Shown here: in pieces, positions 8,725 through 18,382 of the stretch
How the letters are laid out: each line of letters opens with the position of its first letter
Numbering within the stretch: the stretch's first letter is position 1
Source: a virus
DNA: 64,000 nt
Direction: 5' to 3' (one strand)
Virus record (IMG/VR): IMGVR_UViG_3300031963_000016
Location: 1-64,000 of that record
The notes under the pieces: generated by a model
What the model was told of the DNA's origin: nothing
The model's input: only the letters and a program-made list of their open reading frames with translations
Databases searched by the model: none
Translations under genes and position numbers: made by a program

Positions 8725-10814
8725 AAAAACTTTTGTTGTTGTTTTTACTCGCATCAAATAATCTGTTTGCGCAGGTAGTGGGAACACAACCATCACCAAA
8801 TGCAACATATACATCAACATCAAATTTATTAAATCCAACAGTAAATGCTTGGACTGGAACTGTGCAAGGACAAAATGGTGGATTAAGTGGTGGTACTACA
8901 CCAGCATTTAATCCTGGAACTAACACTATAATTTTTGGTTATACGACGGCTACTGCTATGCAAACAATTGCTATTAATCAGGCATTGTCTGGAACAGGAA
9001 TACAAGTTGGTGGCTATAATTATTCATGGAATATCAATAATGATCCAGCAACTGGGCAGTATGGTACATTAACAGGTAGTGTTGTATTAAAAGATTCTGG
9101 AGGAAATGCCCTTCAGACATACAACTACAACTATCCACAACAGGCTGGTGGTTTTATAACTTACTCTGGCACACAATGGTTTAATCAAAACTATTCTTTG
9201 TTAGGTTTATCTAGTTTAGAGTTATCATTCACTGGTAAAGATGCTAAGTTTTGGGCAGGATATTATGGACCACAAGTTCGTAATCCATCATTAAGTTTAC
9301 AATATACAGTAGATCCGTGTGTTGCTAATCCAGGATACTCACCTTCCTGTCCAGGATATAATGCAACAATAAGTGGAAATTTACTTCCAGGAACAACAGG
9401 AGCACAAGCGTATGCAATAGCGTCTGCTTTATCTTTTGCGGGTGCTGGTGCTACTATTCACGGATTTGACTATGGCTATACGTATAATGTTCCAGGAAGA
9501 CAGTGCGCAATGTTTGATTTATTTGGATTGTGCTTAACAGGATGGAACTACTCTGATGCTGGTGTAGCTACTGTTATTACAGATAGCAACAATGCTACCA
9601 TATACTCTGACACTACAACACATAATGGTGGTAACAATGGAGTTAGTGGTAACTACACAAACAATTATAGATTAAGTTCTTCTTTACCAATATCATCTCT
9701 TGGCGCATTCGCTATGTCGCCATGGACACTTGGAACAGCAGCGATTAGCAATATGTGGAGTCAGGCTGTATATACCGCAGATCCTTGTGTATCAAACCCA
9801 TTGTCTTCACAATCATGCCCTGGATATGCAGCTGCTTATTTAAATCAACAATGTACATTAAATGCTTTGTATGACCCAGCATGCCCTGGATACCAAACAG
9901 CACAGTGTAATATTAATCCATTGTTTTCGCAATCATGTCCTGGTTATCAGGCAGCATATTATGCTCAACAATGCACATTGAATGCATTGTATGATACTGG
10001 ATGTCCTGGATATGCAACTGCTTATTACAACTATCAGTGTTCAGTGAATCCATTATATCATACTGGGTGTCCTGGGTATCAGCAAGCATATTTTACACAA
10101 CAGTGTTCTTTAAATGGATTGTATAGCAGAGAGTGCCCAAATTATTCTCAAGCATATGCAGTGCAACAAGCGTTAAATAACGTATCAACAAATACAACTA
10201 CGAACAATAGTACTTTATCTCAGACAACTGAACCAAACAAGATTGCTATTACAACAGATCCAACTGTTAATAATGTTATAACTACAACTGCTACATCTGT
10301 TAATCCATCACAATCTGCAACAACGACAGTCCCATTAGTTTCTACTCCTTCAGCGACAACTATAGTAGCAAATCAAGAGACAAAAAAAGAGGAGAAGAAA
10401 AATGTTATTGAGACAAGCACTTCTACAGGTTCATCATCAACATCTATTGCAAGTTCTCAAGAGAGTTCTACAGATAAAAATGCACCCAGAACAGTTAGAC
10501 AAGAATTACAAGAAAGAAGAATTGCTGCAGCGAGAGCCAATGCTATTGAGCAAGGAAAACAATTGGCTGAAAATGTAGGCAAGGCAGCATCATTAGAACA
10601 ACAGATAGCAGTACAGAATGTTGTTATTGCAGCAATGGGATACACACCTGGATTTGATGTATATAACAAAGCGATAATTCCAGATGGTGTTGGGTATAAA
10701 CCATTTTCAGTTTATAACAATCAGCGAAATGTTGATAATCCAATAGGGCGTAGATTTATGAGTGGCTCTGATAGATTACACAATGAGATGGTTGAATCAC
10801 AATATAAAAAATGA
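8721..10814 (+). CDS. Large secreted protein with Cys-containing repeats and Thr/Ser-rich linker
   Basis: Signal peptide; seven C-x9-CP(G/N)Y repeats; GTG start overlapping upstream stop. Confidence 0.8.
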   Translation: MKKLLLLFLLASNNLFAQVVGTQPSPNATYTSTSNLLNPTVNAWTGTVQGQNGGLSGGTTPAFNPGTNTIIFGYTTATAMQTIAINQALSGTGIQVGGYNYSWNINNDPATGQYGTLTGSVVLKDSGGNALQTYNYNYPQQAGGFITYSGTQWFNQNYSLLGLSSLELSFTGKDAKFWAGYYGPQVRNPSLSLQYTVDPCVANPGYSPSCPGYNATISGNLLPGTTGAQAYAIASALSFAGAGATIHGFDYGYTYNVPGRQCAMFDLFGLCLTGWNYSDAGVATVITDSNNATIYSDTTTHNGGNNGVSGNYTNNYRLSSSLPISSLGAFAMSPWTLGTAAISNMWSQAVYTADPCVSNPLSSQSCPGYAAAYLNQQCTLNALYDPACPGYQTAQCNINPLFSQSCPGYQAAYYAQQCTLNALYDTGCPGYATAYYNYQCSVNPLYHTGCPGYQQAYFTQQCSLNGLYSRECPNYSQAYAVQQALNNVSTNTTTNNSTLSQTTEPNKIAITTDPTVNNVITTTATSVNPSQSATTTVPLVSTPSATTIVANQETKKEEKKNVIETSTSTGSSSTSIASSQESSTDKNAPRTVRQELQERRIAAARANAIEQGKQLAENVGKAASLEQQIAVQNVVIAAMGYTPGFDVYNKAIIPDGVGYKPFSVYNNQRNVDNPIGRRFMSGSDRLHNEMVESQYKK
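9780..10145 (+). repeat. Six tandem ~18-22 aa C-x9-CPGY coding repeats
   Basis: DPCVSNPLSSQSCPGY, QQCTLNALYDPACPGY, AQCNINPLFSQSCPGY, etc. Confidence 0.85.
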
Positions 10815-11005
10815 GTTTATTATTTGAATCGTTTATGGTATTTTATTTAATTGAGGTGTTTGTTTTGACAATAGTATGCATTTGGTATTATAAAGAACCT
10901 AAAACAGAAGAGGTAAAAATTGTTGAAGTCCAAACGAAAGGACCAGCAGCCTCTGATTTAATTAAAATGAGAAACTTAAAAAAACAGATAGAAAGAGGAA
11001 CATAA
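10811..11005 (+). CDS. Small membrane protein
   Basis: N-terminal TM helix; overlaps upstream stop. Confidence 0.6.
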   Translation: MSLLFESFMVFYLIEVFVLTIVCIWYYKEPKTEEVKIVEVQTKGPAASDLIKMRNLKKQIERGT

Positions 11006-11006
11006 A

Positions 11007-11537
11007 GTGGGAGAACAAATCAAAGATGTAAATAAAAAAATTGATGATGCTGAAGCTGCGGTAAAAAAATATGCGAGTAAAGATACCGTAATCAGTATTG
11101 GTGGTTATGAATTTACCCCTGCCAAATTGATGGTTGCTTTTACATTAGTCTCATCAATTCTTGGTGGTTTATATGGAGCGTTTGAGGTTTATAAAGATTA
11201 TCAAAGTATGAAGAAACGTATTGCTGAGTACGTTGCACCAGATATGTCAGAGTTTGATAAAAGATTAGCAGTAATTAAAGAAAACTCAGACAAGTCAGTT
11301 CAGTATACGCAAGATATTAAAAATGATTTAAAACAAGATATTCGTCGTTTAGAAAATGTAGTAGATTCTGTAGAACGTAGTGCGAAACAGTCTCAGCGAG
11401 AAGCAGATCAGGCAGTTAAAGATGTTCGTGACGAGTTGAGGAAAAATTCAAAAGAGCAGGATCAAGCAATAAAAAATCTAAATAATGAACTTGATAAGAA
11501 AATTCAAAGAGCGTTAGATAATCCACTAGCAAAATAA
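11007..11537 (+). CDS. Single-TM coiled-coil protein
   Basis: TM at residues ~40-58 followed by a heptad-rich region. Confidence 0.7.
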   Translation: MGEQIKDVNKKIDDAEAAVKKYASKDTVISIGGYEFTPAKLMVAFTLVSSILGGLYGAFEVYKDYQSMKKRIAEYVAPDMSEFDKRLAVIKENSDKSVQYTQDIKNDLKQDIRRLENVVDSVERSAKQSQREADQAVKDVRDELRKNSKEQDQAIKNLNNELDKKIQRALDNPLAK

Positions 11538-11555
11538 TTATAAGGATAAGTCGGC

Positions 11556-11825
11556 ATGAATGATAAAAGATTGTTTAAATGGGTAATACTTTTATTATTA
11601 CTACCAATTGGATTGGCATATTTTGGGGGAGATCGTTTTCGTTATCCTTGCCAAGATCCTAAAAATTGGGACAAAGAAATTTGTCAAAAACCATTATGCG
11701 ATGTGACACGAACATGTCCAGAACATGTATTTAAAGGTGGTAGAGATCCAAGACTTGGTCCCCCAGCAGATCAGCTACCACAAGGAACACCAACAACAAC
11801 AACAACAGGAGTGACTTGCAAATGA
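11556..11825 (+). CDS. Small Cys-rich exported protein
   Basis: N-terminal TM; RYPCQDPKNW..C..P.C...TC. Confidence 0.7.
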   Translation: MNDKRLFKWVILLLLLPIGLAYFGGDRFRYPCQDPKNWDKEICQKPLCDVTRTCPEHVFKGGRDPRLGPPADQLPQGTPTTTTTGVTCK

Positions 11826-12307
11826 GTGAACAATTTATGTATACAGAAGACCAGCTAATGGCTCGTCTTAAATTCTTTATCGGAATCTGTTTAGCATTAA
11901 CATTAACAGGAATCGTATTCGTAGTTCTTTATTCTATTATTTTTGTAACACAACCACTTAATGCAATTTCACCTATCGACCAAAAATTCTTTGAGTTGAT
12001 TATTCCTATTGCAACTTTTTTAACTGGTACATTATCAGGTATCATGTTGGCTGGTGGTGATAAAGAAGCGCAAAAAGAAGCATTGAAAGCAGCTAATGCT
12101 GGATGGTCTAGACCACCATCAGCACCAAGCACGCCACCAACTGGTGGAATGCCACCACGACCATCTATGCCATCACTCGGTGGTATGATGAGTGGAGTTG
12201 CAAATGCAGCAACTGGTTTTGGTATGGGTACACCACCACAAATGATGACTCGTATGCCAGATCTAGAGCCTGGAGATCCAACTCATAGAAATTTTAGAAA
12301 TGATTAA
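11816..12307 (+). CDS. Two-TM membrane protein with Pro/Met/Gly-rich tail
   Basis: Two hydrophobic helices, low-complexity C-terminus. Confidence 0.7.
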   Translation: MQMSEQFMYTEDQLMARLKFFIGICLALTLTGIVFVVLYSIIFVTQPLNAISPIDQKFFELIIPIATFLTGTLSGIMLAGGDKEAQKEALKAANAGWSRPPSAPSTPPTGGMPPRPSMPSLGGMMSGVANAATGFGMGTPPQMMTRMPDLEPGDPTHRNFRND

Positions 12308-12408
12308 TCCATTTGATCTTTGGGTTTGGTTATTTTTGCAAGTATATTACCTACCATATACAATCCTAGGAGCAAGTAGTAAGTAAGCACTAACTTACTT
12401 CACCCTGC

Positions 12409-12478
12409 AACCCCTGTCAGATACAGGGGTTTTTTCATGCAAAAAGTTGTTGTCTTTAATTGCAATCTGGAGTAGAAT
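12409..12478 (+). promoter_or_regulatory. Stem-loop (terminator-like) plus sigma70 early promoter cassette
   Basis: AACCCCTGT/ACAGGGGTT hairpin with T-run; TTGTCT(12450)-17 bp-TAGAAT(12473). Confidence 0.8.
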
Positions 12479-12508
12479 AGAGGTATGAAAAGTGAAAAAG
12501 GAGTTGCA

Positions 12509-12667
12509 ATGAAGGGTTCGATTCGCATGGTTATCGGTTTTCTTCTCGTGTTCGGTGCAGTTGGTGGCATGGATACAGTAGCAGATGCGTTGTTAATCCA
12601 GATCGCTGTTGCTGTTGTGGGTCTTGGTTTTATGTATTCTGGTTCTAAAGCAATGGAGCGTATGTGA
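12509..12667 (+). CDS. Small early membrane protein
   Basis: AAGGAG RBS before ATG 12509; two hydrophobic segments. Confidence 0.6.
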   Translation: MKGSIRMVIGFLLVFGAVGGMDTVADALLIQIAVAVVGLGFMYSGSKAMERM

Positions 12668-12876
12668 TGAATAAACTTATGAGTGTCGATGAAATCAATG
12701 CACTATGTGCAGAGATCGCTGAAGAAGATCAGCGAAACTATCTAGAGAACATGATTGATGCTTTCTTGAGAGAACAAGAAGAACTCAGTAATCTCGAACT
12801 TCAAAAACAATATGAATTTATGCAATTTGCAGAGGATGCAGCAAATGCCGATGCACAATTTTATGGAGAAGTGTAA
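12664..12876 (+). CDS. Acidic hypothetical protein
   Basis: ORF in early operon. Confidence 0.6.
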   Translation: MMNKLMSVDEINALCAEIAEEDQRNYLENMIDAFLREQEELSNLELQKQYEFMQFAEDAANADAQFYGEV

Positions 12877-13112
12877 TGAAAAACACAATTGAATATCGTG
12901 GTCAGACTTTTTTGCGCACTCATGGTAGTCCCTTTGATCGTGGTAGTGCTGATTCTTACTATGGTCGTCCACAAGATCCACACTGGTGGCCAGAGGGAAC
13001 TGGTCATGGTAAACGAGTTGAGCCTAAAGATATGAGTATGGCGGAACTTCGTGCTTATTTTATGGGTTATGAGTATAATGAACAGTATGGCGATAAGAAA
13101 GATTGGGGTTGA
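12876..13112 (+). CDS. Hypothetical protein
   Basis: HGSPFDRGSADSYYGR motif; overlapping stop/start. Confidence 0.7.
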   Translation: MKNTIEYRGQTFLRTHGSPFDRGSADSYYGRPQDPHWWPEGTGHGKRVEPKDMSMAELRAYFMGYEYNEQYGDKKDWG

Positions 13113-13326
13113 TTTGATTACGATATTGAAGTGGGTCGCCACTGTCATAACTCTTGCTGGTGCTGTTTGTACAGCATTTATGATTGATCCACTTAATATC
13201 TGGTTATTGAACTTAGGTGCATTCTTGTTTATGATTTGGGGTTATCTTATTAGAGATAAGGCTATGATTACTGTGAATGCAGGATTGTTGTTAGTGTATG
13301 TTGGTGGAATTTTTTATAGGATATGA
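13051..13326 (+). CDS. Small multi-TM membrane protein (true start probably near 13108)
   Basis: Three hydrophobic segments. Confidence 0.55.
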   Translation: MLILWVMSIMNSMAIRKIGVDLITILKWVATVITLAGAVCTAFMIDPLNIWLLNLGAFLFMIWGYLIRDKAMITVNAGLLLVYVGGIFYRI

Positions 13327-13327
13327 T

Positions 13328-13609
13328 ATGAATGATCTTCAAAAAGAAGTGATGTTAATTACTCAGGAAGAGTGTGCTGAAGTTACGCAAGCGATAAGTA
13401 AATGTTTTCGTTTCGGATTTGATTCTGAATATAATGGAAAAACTAATTTAGAGAGACTCACAGAGGAAGTTGGTGATTTGCTTTGTATGATTAATCTAAT
13501 GATGGAAAAGAATATTATCCAAGAATCGAAAACATATAGTGCCTCACTTGCAAAACGCCATAAACTGGGAAAATGGTCTAACATATTCAAAGAAAAGGAA
13601 GTTGCATGA
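13328..13609 (+). CDS. MazG-like NTP pyrophosphohydrolase
   Basis: EECAEVTQAISK and EEVGDL motifs. Confidence 0.75.
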   Translation: MNDLQKEVMLITQEECAEVTQAISKCFRFGFDSEYNGKTNLERLTEEVGDLLCMINLMMEKNIIQESKTYSASLAKRHKLGKWSNIFKEKEVA

Positions 13610-13839
13610 TTCAGATTAATAATCTAACTGCATACCAAGTGGAGATGCTTGATCATATGTGGTCACTTGATACTGAAGAAGAGTATTTTCAGTGGTATGA
13701 TTTGCTTGAGGAAGAAGATCAGAAACTCGCAGATAGTTTACAACAACTGGTTGTTCTTGCAAGTATGGATGAAATCATAGAACAAACAGAATATAAAGAA
13801 GCCAAAGAGGCATTAAAGAAATTTGCTTTGCAAAAATAA
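13606..13839 (+). CDS. Hypothetical protein
   Basis: AAGGAAG RBS; overlapping stop/start. Confidence 0.65.
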   Translation: MIQINNLTAYQVEMLDHMWSLDTEEEYFQWYDLLEEEDQKLADSLQQLVVLASMDEIIEQTEYKEAKEALKKFALQK

Positions 13840-13851
13840 GTTATGTATAAT
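13823..13851 (+). promoter_or_regulatory. Sigma70-type promoter
   Basis: TTGCTT-17 bp-TATAAT. Confidence 0.6.
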
Positions 13852-13986
13852 AAGACTTCTAAACCTAGAAATCCTGTTGCAAAGGATCTTCGCACTCCAA
13901 AGTATCGTATGAGAAAGGTGGAGAGCAAGGTTAAGTACACACGCAATCCTAAACATAAAAAGGAGTCTTATGGACAATACCTATGA
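13843..13986 (+). CDS. Small basic protein, ArfA-like (not in ORF track)
   Basis: MYNKTSKPRNPVAKDLRTPKYRMRKVESKVKYTRNPKHKKESYGQYL; spacing resembles ArfA N..L..P.FR.R...K...Y.R..KH. Confidence 0.55.
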   Translation: MYNKTSKPRNPVAKDLRTPKYRMRKVESKVKYTRNPKHKKESYGQYL

Positions 13987-14218
13987 AATCTTTCGTGGTG
14001 GACTTATGACCACAATTAAGATTAAAGACCACGATTACGACGTTATAGAGTTTACAATCTCACAGTACATGCAAGATGAAAATGGAAAGGAAATTGTAAA
14101 CAGCAAACACACATCATTTTATACAGCAAAGCAGTTGAAAGAATTTTTTACACCTATCGTGAATGATTTGAAAGTGAGATTTAACGATGAAAACGATTCA
14201 AGCAAACCAAACTCCTGA
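13970..14218 (+). CDS. Hypothetical protein
   Basis: AAGGAG RBS. Confidence 0.6.
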   Translation: MDNTYEIFRGGLMTTIKIKDHDYDVIEFTISQYMQDENGKEIVNSKHTSFYTAKQLKEFFTPIVNDLKVRFNDENDSSKPNS

Positions 14219-14477
14219 GTTTCAAGATTGGCTAAGAGGATTACTCCATGATGAACACACCAAAGATCTGTGCGTTACTTTTACCAAAAAAGATGGAACA
14301 GAGCGAACAATGCGTTGCACACTCGTCGAATCAAGAATTCCATCAGAGAAAACTCCACACTCAAAAGAAACCAGTACCACGACTTCTGGATCCGCACTTC
14401 GAGTTTTTGACGAAGAAAAACAAGAATGGAGATCGTTCCGTTGGGACTCAATTAAAGAAGTAAAATTTAGTCTATGA
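14187..14477 (+). CDS. WYL_2/SH3-like beta-barrel protein
   Basis: VTFTKKDGTERTMRCTL...VFDEEKQEWRSFRWDSI. Confidence 0.75.
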   Translation: MKTIQANQTPEFQDWLRGLLHDEHTKDLCVTFTKKDGTERTMRCTLVESRIPSEKTPHSKETSTTTSGSALRVFDEEKQEWRSFRWDSIKEVKFSL

Positions 14478-14683
14478 TTAATTTGAAACCTACACCTATG
14501 AACATAACTGTTTTTGCATTGCTTGCTATCGCTATCATTATTGGTGCACCACTTGCACTTATTTGGTCACTAAACACTTTGTTTCCAATTCTAGCGATTC
14601 CATATACATTAGAAACTTGGTTAGCTGCATTTATTATTCCTGCTGCATTTAAAGCAACAGTAGCTACAAACAAAAAGGATTGA
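14474..14683 (+). CDS. Small membrane protein
   Basis: Hydrophobic; IPYTLETWLAA motif. Confidence 0.6.
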   Translation: MINLKPTPMNITVFALLAIAIIIGAPLALIWSLNTLFPILAIPYTLETWLAAFIIPAAFKATVATNKKD

Positions 14684-14934
14684 TTATGAATTTAACTCCA
14701 GAACAAAAGAAAGATTTACAAAAAGCAGTACAAGAAATTTCTGACTCAATGACACGTATGGAAGCAGAGCGTGATCTGATTAAAGAAATTGTAAAAGATC
14801 AATCTGATCAATTACAGATTCCGAAGAAAGTTATTTCTAAAATTGCAAAAACATTCCATAAGCAAAATCTTGCACAAGAAGTTGCAGATCATGAAGAGTT
14901 TGTAGAACTATACGAAAAAGTTACATCGAAATAA
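14680..14934 (+). CDS. dsbA: Double-stranded DNA-binding protein (T4 DsbA-like)
   Basis: EISDSMTRMEAERDLIKEI...KKVISKIAKTFHKQN pattern; lies near rnh as in T4-like phages. Confidence 0.75.
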   Translation: MIMNLTPEQKKDLQKAVQEISDSMTRMEAERDLIKEIVKDQSDQLQIPKKVISKIAKTFHKQNLAQEVADHEEFVELYEKVTSK

Positions 14935-14997
14935 CCCCAAACCCAATGGGGTTATTATAAAATAGTTGTTGCCTTTTATTCCAATTTGAGGTATAAT
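14931..14997 (+). promoter_or_regulatory. Stem-loop plus sigma70 early promoter cassette
   Basis: ATAACCCCA/TGGGGTTAT hairpin; TTGCCT(14969)-17-TATAAT(14992). Confidence 0.8.
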
Positions 14998-15025
14998 AGA
15001 TATTATTAATGGAGGTTACAAACCT

Positions 15026-16135
15026 ATGGCAACAGCAAAAAGACGTATGAAAGGTCATGCTATCCTAGCATCCCGCAAGGAAGCATTGGCTAACGAACCT
15101 ATTGTCACTCTTGACAATTACACCAACAGTCTCAATACCGCACTGTCTTGGTATTCAGAGTATGCAAACGAAAAACAACTTCGTAAGTTTGCTCTAGAAT
15201 ATTTTGCTAAACTTGGCAAAAAAGCAGAAGTGTTGGCTATTAATAAAGCAACCGATTCAGAAATTCGACAATTGGCAATCATTTGTCGTCTGAAATCTCG
15301 TGAGCAATTTCTTACAGACAAACATATCGAGTTTATCAGCAAAACTGTAGCTGATCTCGTAATCAAGTACAAAATTGTTAAAGAAAAGAAGACAGAGGTC
15401 GCAAAGACCAATGTTATTTCTATTCAAGATCGTATTGAAGAAAAAGCCAGAGAGATCGCTGGTGAAATCGAAGGTGCTATCGATGAATTCGTGTTGAGTA
15501 AAGGTAAGACTACTTTCTCAGCCAAGAATTATCTATTGGCTAACTCAGTCTCAGCACCTATCGCTAAAAAGATTGGTGATATGTTTGTTGGAACATATAA
15601 TGAACTTACTGAGGCGATTGATGGTGAAGATGACCAGCTTGTCGAAGGTTATTCTAATTTCACAAAGCGTGAACTCAAAGCATTTCATAAGTTTGTTGGA
15701 GAAATTATCACTGACTGCCAGCAGACTGTTCAGATCGCTAAAGCATCTCGTGCGCCACGTAAACGCAAGGCTACTCCTCCAAGCAAAGTAGTGAGTAAGA
15801 TGAAGTATATGCGAGAGTTTGCTGATCTTAAATTAAAGTCTATTAAACCAGAAGACATTCTTACTGCTAGTGAGTTGTGGGTATACAATACGAAATATCG
15901 TAAGGTTCAGGTTTATAAGGCAGAGATGGGTACACTTGGTGTTAAGGGTACTACCATCCTCGGATTCAGCGTAACAGATTCACTATCATTTACGTTGCGT
16001 AAACCAGAAGAATTCTTTAACAATACAGCCATCGGTAAACGTGGATTAAATGGTGCAATTAAAAAACTTACAACAAAACCGAGTACACCTAATGGACGTA
16101 TTAATGAAGAGTGTATCTTGTTGGGAGCATTTTAA
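15026..16135 (+). CDS. Conserved T4-like phage hypothetical protein
   Basis: 369-aa ORF with GGAGG RBS; LWVYNTKYRK, GVKGTTI, TLRKPEE, NGRINEE motifs. Confidence 0.8.
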   Translation: MATAKRRMKGHAILASRKEALANEPIVTLDNYTNSLNTALSWYSEYANEKQLRKFALEYFAKLGKKAEVLAINKATDSEIRQLAIICRLKSREQFLTDKHIEFISKTVADLVIKYKIVKEKKTEVAKTNVISIQDRIEEKAREIAGEIEGAIDEFVLSKGKTTFSAKNYLLANSVSAPIAKKIGDMFVGTYNELTEAIDGEDDQLVEGYSNFTKRELKAFHKFVGEIITDCQQTVQIAKASRAPRKRKATPPSKVVSKMKYMREFADLKLKSIKPEDILTASELWVYNTKYRKVQVYKAEMGTLGVKGTTILGFSVTDSLSFTLRKPEEFFNNTAIGKRGLNGAIKKLTTKPSTPNGRINEECILLGAF

Positions 16136-16347
16136 TGAACACTGTATATGCACTAATGATTATTACGATGTCTGGTGTGGTTGAAGCACCTAATACATTC
16201 TCAACTCTCGCTGAGTGCGAGAGGGTTGTCCAGCGAGTACAGAGAGAGACATATTGTGTTGAAAAGAAACCTGTGAACATCGAGAGTGAAGCGAAAAACT
16301 TCTTAAACATATTTAAGAGTTTAGTGAAAGAAATGGACAAATCATGA
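16135..16347 (+). CDS. Small hypothetical protein
   Basis: TAATG coupling to upstream gene. Confidence 0.55.
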   Translation: MNTVYALMIITMSGVVEAPNTFSTLAECERVVQRVQRETYCVEKKPVNIESEAKNFLNIFKSLVKEMDKS

Positions 16348-17249
16348 TTTTAGTTGATTATTCACAGGTTGCTCTTGCTGCCATTTTGACATTTCAGCGT
16401 GAGTTGAAAGGTACTGAATCAGAAGTTAAGAATTTGATTCGTCATGTAACTCTTTCCACACTCAAGTCATACAAGAAAAAGTATGGTAAAGAATATGGTG
16501 AGTTGGTAATTTGTTGCGATGGTCGTAAGTATTGGAGACGAGAAGTCTTTGAACACTACAAGGCAGGTCGCAAAAAGATGCGTGATAACTCAGACTTAGA
16601 TTGGCATCTGATTTTTGATACACTGAATGAAATGCGACAAGAGATTGCTGAGCATTTTCCATGGAGAGTTATCCATGTAGATCGTGCAGAAGCAGACGAT
16701 ATCATTGCAGTAATGACTGGGTATCTTCAACAGGCTGAATTGGTTGTTGAAGGATTGGTTGAAGAACCACAAAAAGTTCTTATCTTGTCTTCTGACAAAG
16801 ACTTCAAACAACTACAACTCGCACCATTTTCTTCTGGTAATGTGCGTCAGTGGTCACCGATGCAAAAGAAGTTTATTCAAGCATCAAAGCAAGAAATTAT
16901 CGACTTTACTGTTGAGCATATTGTGAAAGGTGATACTGGCGACGGTATTCCAAATATCCTGTCAAAAGATGATGTATTTGTTTCTGGAGATAGGCAAAAA
17001 CCAGTTAGTGCTAAACGACTAGCCGAATTCATCGAAAAAGGTGAACAGGCATGTCGCACGGATGAGGAACGAAGAAACTGGAAACGCAATTCTATTCTAG
17101 TTGCTTTTGATAATATCCCACCTGATGTTCAAGAGAGCATCATTACTACATACATAAGTAATAAACCAAAGGGAGATAAGATGACTGTGATGAATTATCT
17201 CATGGAACATCGTTGTCGTTTATTGTTAGATGAAATTGAGGACTTTTAA
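16344..17249 (+). CDS. rnh: T4-type RNase H / 5'-3' exonuclease
   Basis: MILVDYSQV, ICCDG..YWR..F..YKAGR, EADDII, SSDKDFKQL, KGDTGDGIPN. Confidence 0.93.
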   Translation: MILVDYSQVALAAILTFQRELKGTESEVKNLIRHVTLSTLKSYKKKYGKEYGELVICCDGRKYWRREVFEHYKAGRKKMRDNSDLDWHLIFDTLNEMRQEIAEHFPWRVIHVDRAEADDIIAVMTGYLQQAELVVEGLVEEPQKVLILSSDKDFKQLQLAPFSSGNVRQWSPMQKKFIQASKQEIIDFTVEHIVKGDTGDGIPNILSKDDVFVSGDRQKPVSAKRLAEFIEKGEQACRTDEERRNWKRNSILVAFDNIPPDVQESIITTYISNKPKGDKMTVMNYLMEHRCRLLLDEIEDF

Positions 17250-17677
17250 TGAAAAAATATCTTACAGAAATGCTTAAAGAAATTAATGAAGATCCAAAAA
17301 CTATTACAACCTATAAAGATGATTTTCTGTTGAAAGTTCTTTTTGCACACGCATTCCTTGATACACATAAGTGGTTGTTGCCTGAAGGAGAACCTCCATT
17401 TAAACCTGCTTCAGAACCTATGGGAATGACAGAAACTAATCTTTTTACAGAAGCAAAAAGATTGTATGTGTTTATGAGATCAGATTTAAAACCTCTCAAG
17501 AGAGAATCTTTGTTCATTGGTCTTTTGGAAGGCATTCATCCAGAAGAAGCAAAAGTTGTTATTGCAGTTAAAGATCAGAAGTTGCATAAACTTTATCCAA
17601 AGATTACTCATAAATTGGTTTCGGATGTTGGCTTTATTCCTCCGCCTGTAAAGAAAGTTGCCTTGCAAGAAAAATAG
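17249..17677 (+). CDS. Conserved phage hypothetical protein
   Basis: LPEGEPPFKP, RESLFIGLLEGIHPEEA motifs; follows rnh. Confidence 0.75.
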   Translation: MKKYLTEMLKEINEDPKTITTYKDDFLLKVLFAHAFLDTHKWLLPEGEPPFKPASEPMGMTETNLFTEAKRLYVFMRSDLKPLKRESLFIGLLEGIHPEEAKVVIAVKDQKLHKLYPKITHKLVSDVGFIPPPVKKVALQEK

Positions 17678-17686
17678 TAGTATAAT
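17658..17686 (+). promoter_or_regulatory. Sigma70-type promoter
   Basis: TTGCCT-17-TATAAT. Confidence 0.65.
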
Positions 17687-17692
17687 TATATT

Positions 17693-18370
17693 ATGGAAAA
17701 ACCTAGTGGTGAATTCTTTGAAACTCTCGGACAGTATGTTTACAAATATGTAGATGAAGAGGGTGATGTTCTTTATATCGGTAAAGGGAATGGGGATCGT
17801 TGCCTTTCTCATTTGAAGAGTAAGAAGTATAAGATTGAGAATTGTTCTATTGTTGCTCGCAACTTAGAGCGTTTTGAAAACAAGAAAGATTGGCAGTCGT
17901 TCTTGCTTGAATCATTTTTGATTGCCACTGAATCACCAGAACACAACTCAGTGTCTGGTCATTATAAGGAGTGTTTTGTTATGGCTAGTTTATCATCTTT
18001 GTTTTCTGATTTTGAGTCAGAACAGTATGACAACTTTGAAGTTTTACCGCAATGGTATATCGAGAATTACGATACATTTAAGAATCGTATTCGAGAAATC
18101 AAAATCAATTCCACCACTACATATTTCCTCAGCAATGCCCGCAATGCAATTTACATGATGTGGTATTGGTCACCCAACGAAGAACAAGTTAAGGTTACAT
18201 TTGAAATTAACCAAGACAAAGAACGTATGATAGAGACAAAACGAAAATTGATTGGGTTACTTGAAAAAAAAGGATACGAAACTTTCTCTGATGGTAAAGA
18301 GGCAAAAGTAGCAATTAACGTGGACAGTATCCATACTGTAATCGAACTTTTTGCAGATTTTTGGAAATAA
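17693..18370 (+). CDS. GIY-YIG superfamily nuclease
   Basis: YVYKY...LYIGKGNGDRCLSH...ESFLI. Confidence 0.7.
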   Translation: MEKPSGEFFETLGQYVYKYVDEEGDVLYIGKGNGDRCLSHLKSKKYKIENCSIVARNLERFENKKDWQSFLLESFLIATESPEHNSVSGHYKECFVMASLSSLFSDFESEQYDNFEVLPQWYIENYDTFKNRIREIKINSTTTYFLSNARNAIYMMWYWSPNEEQVKVTFEINQDKERMIETKRKLIGLLEKKGYETFSDGKEAKVAINVDSIHTVIELFADFWK

Positions 18371-18382
18371 GGAAAATATATT

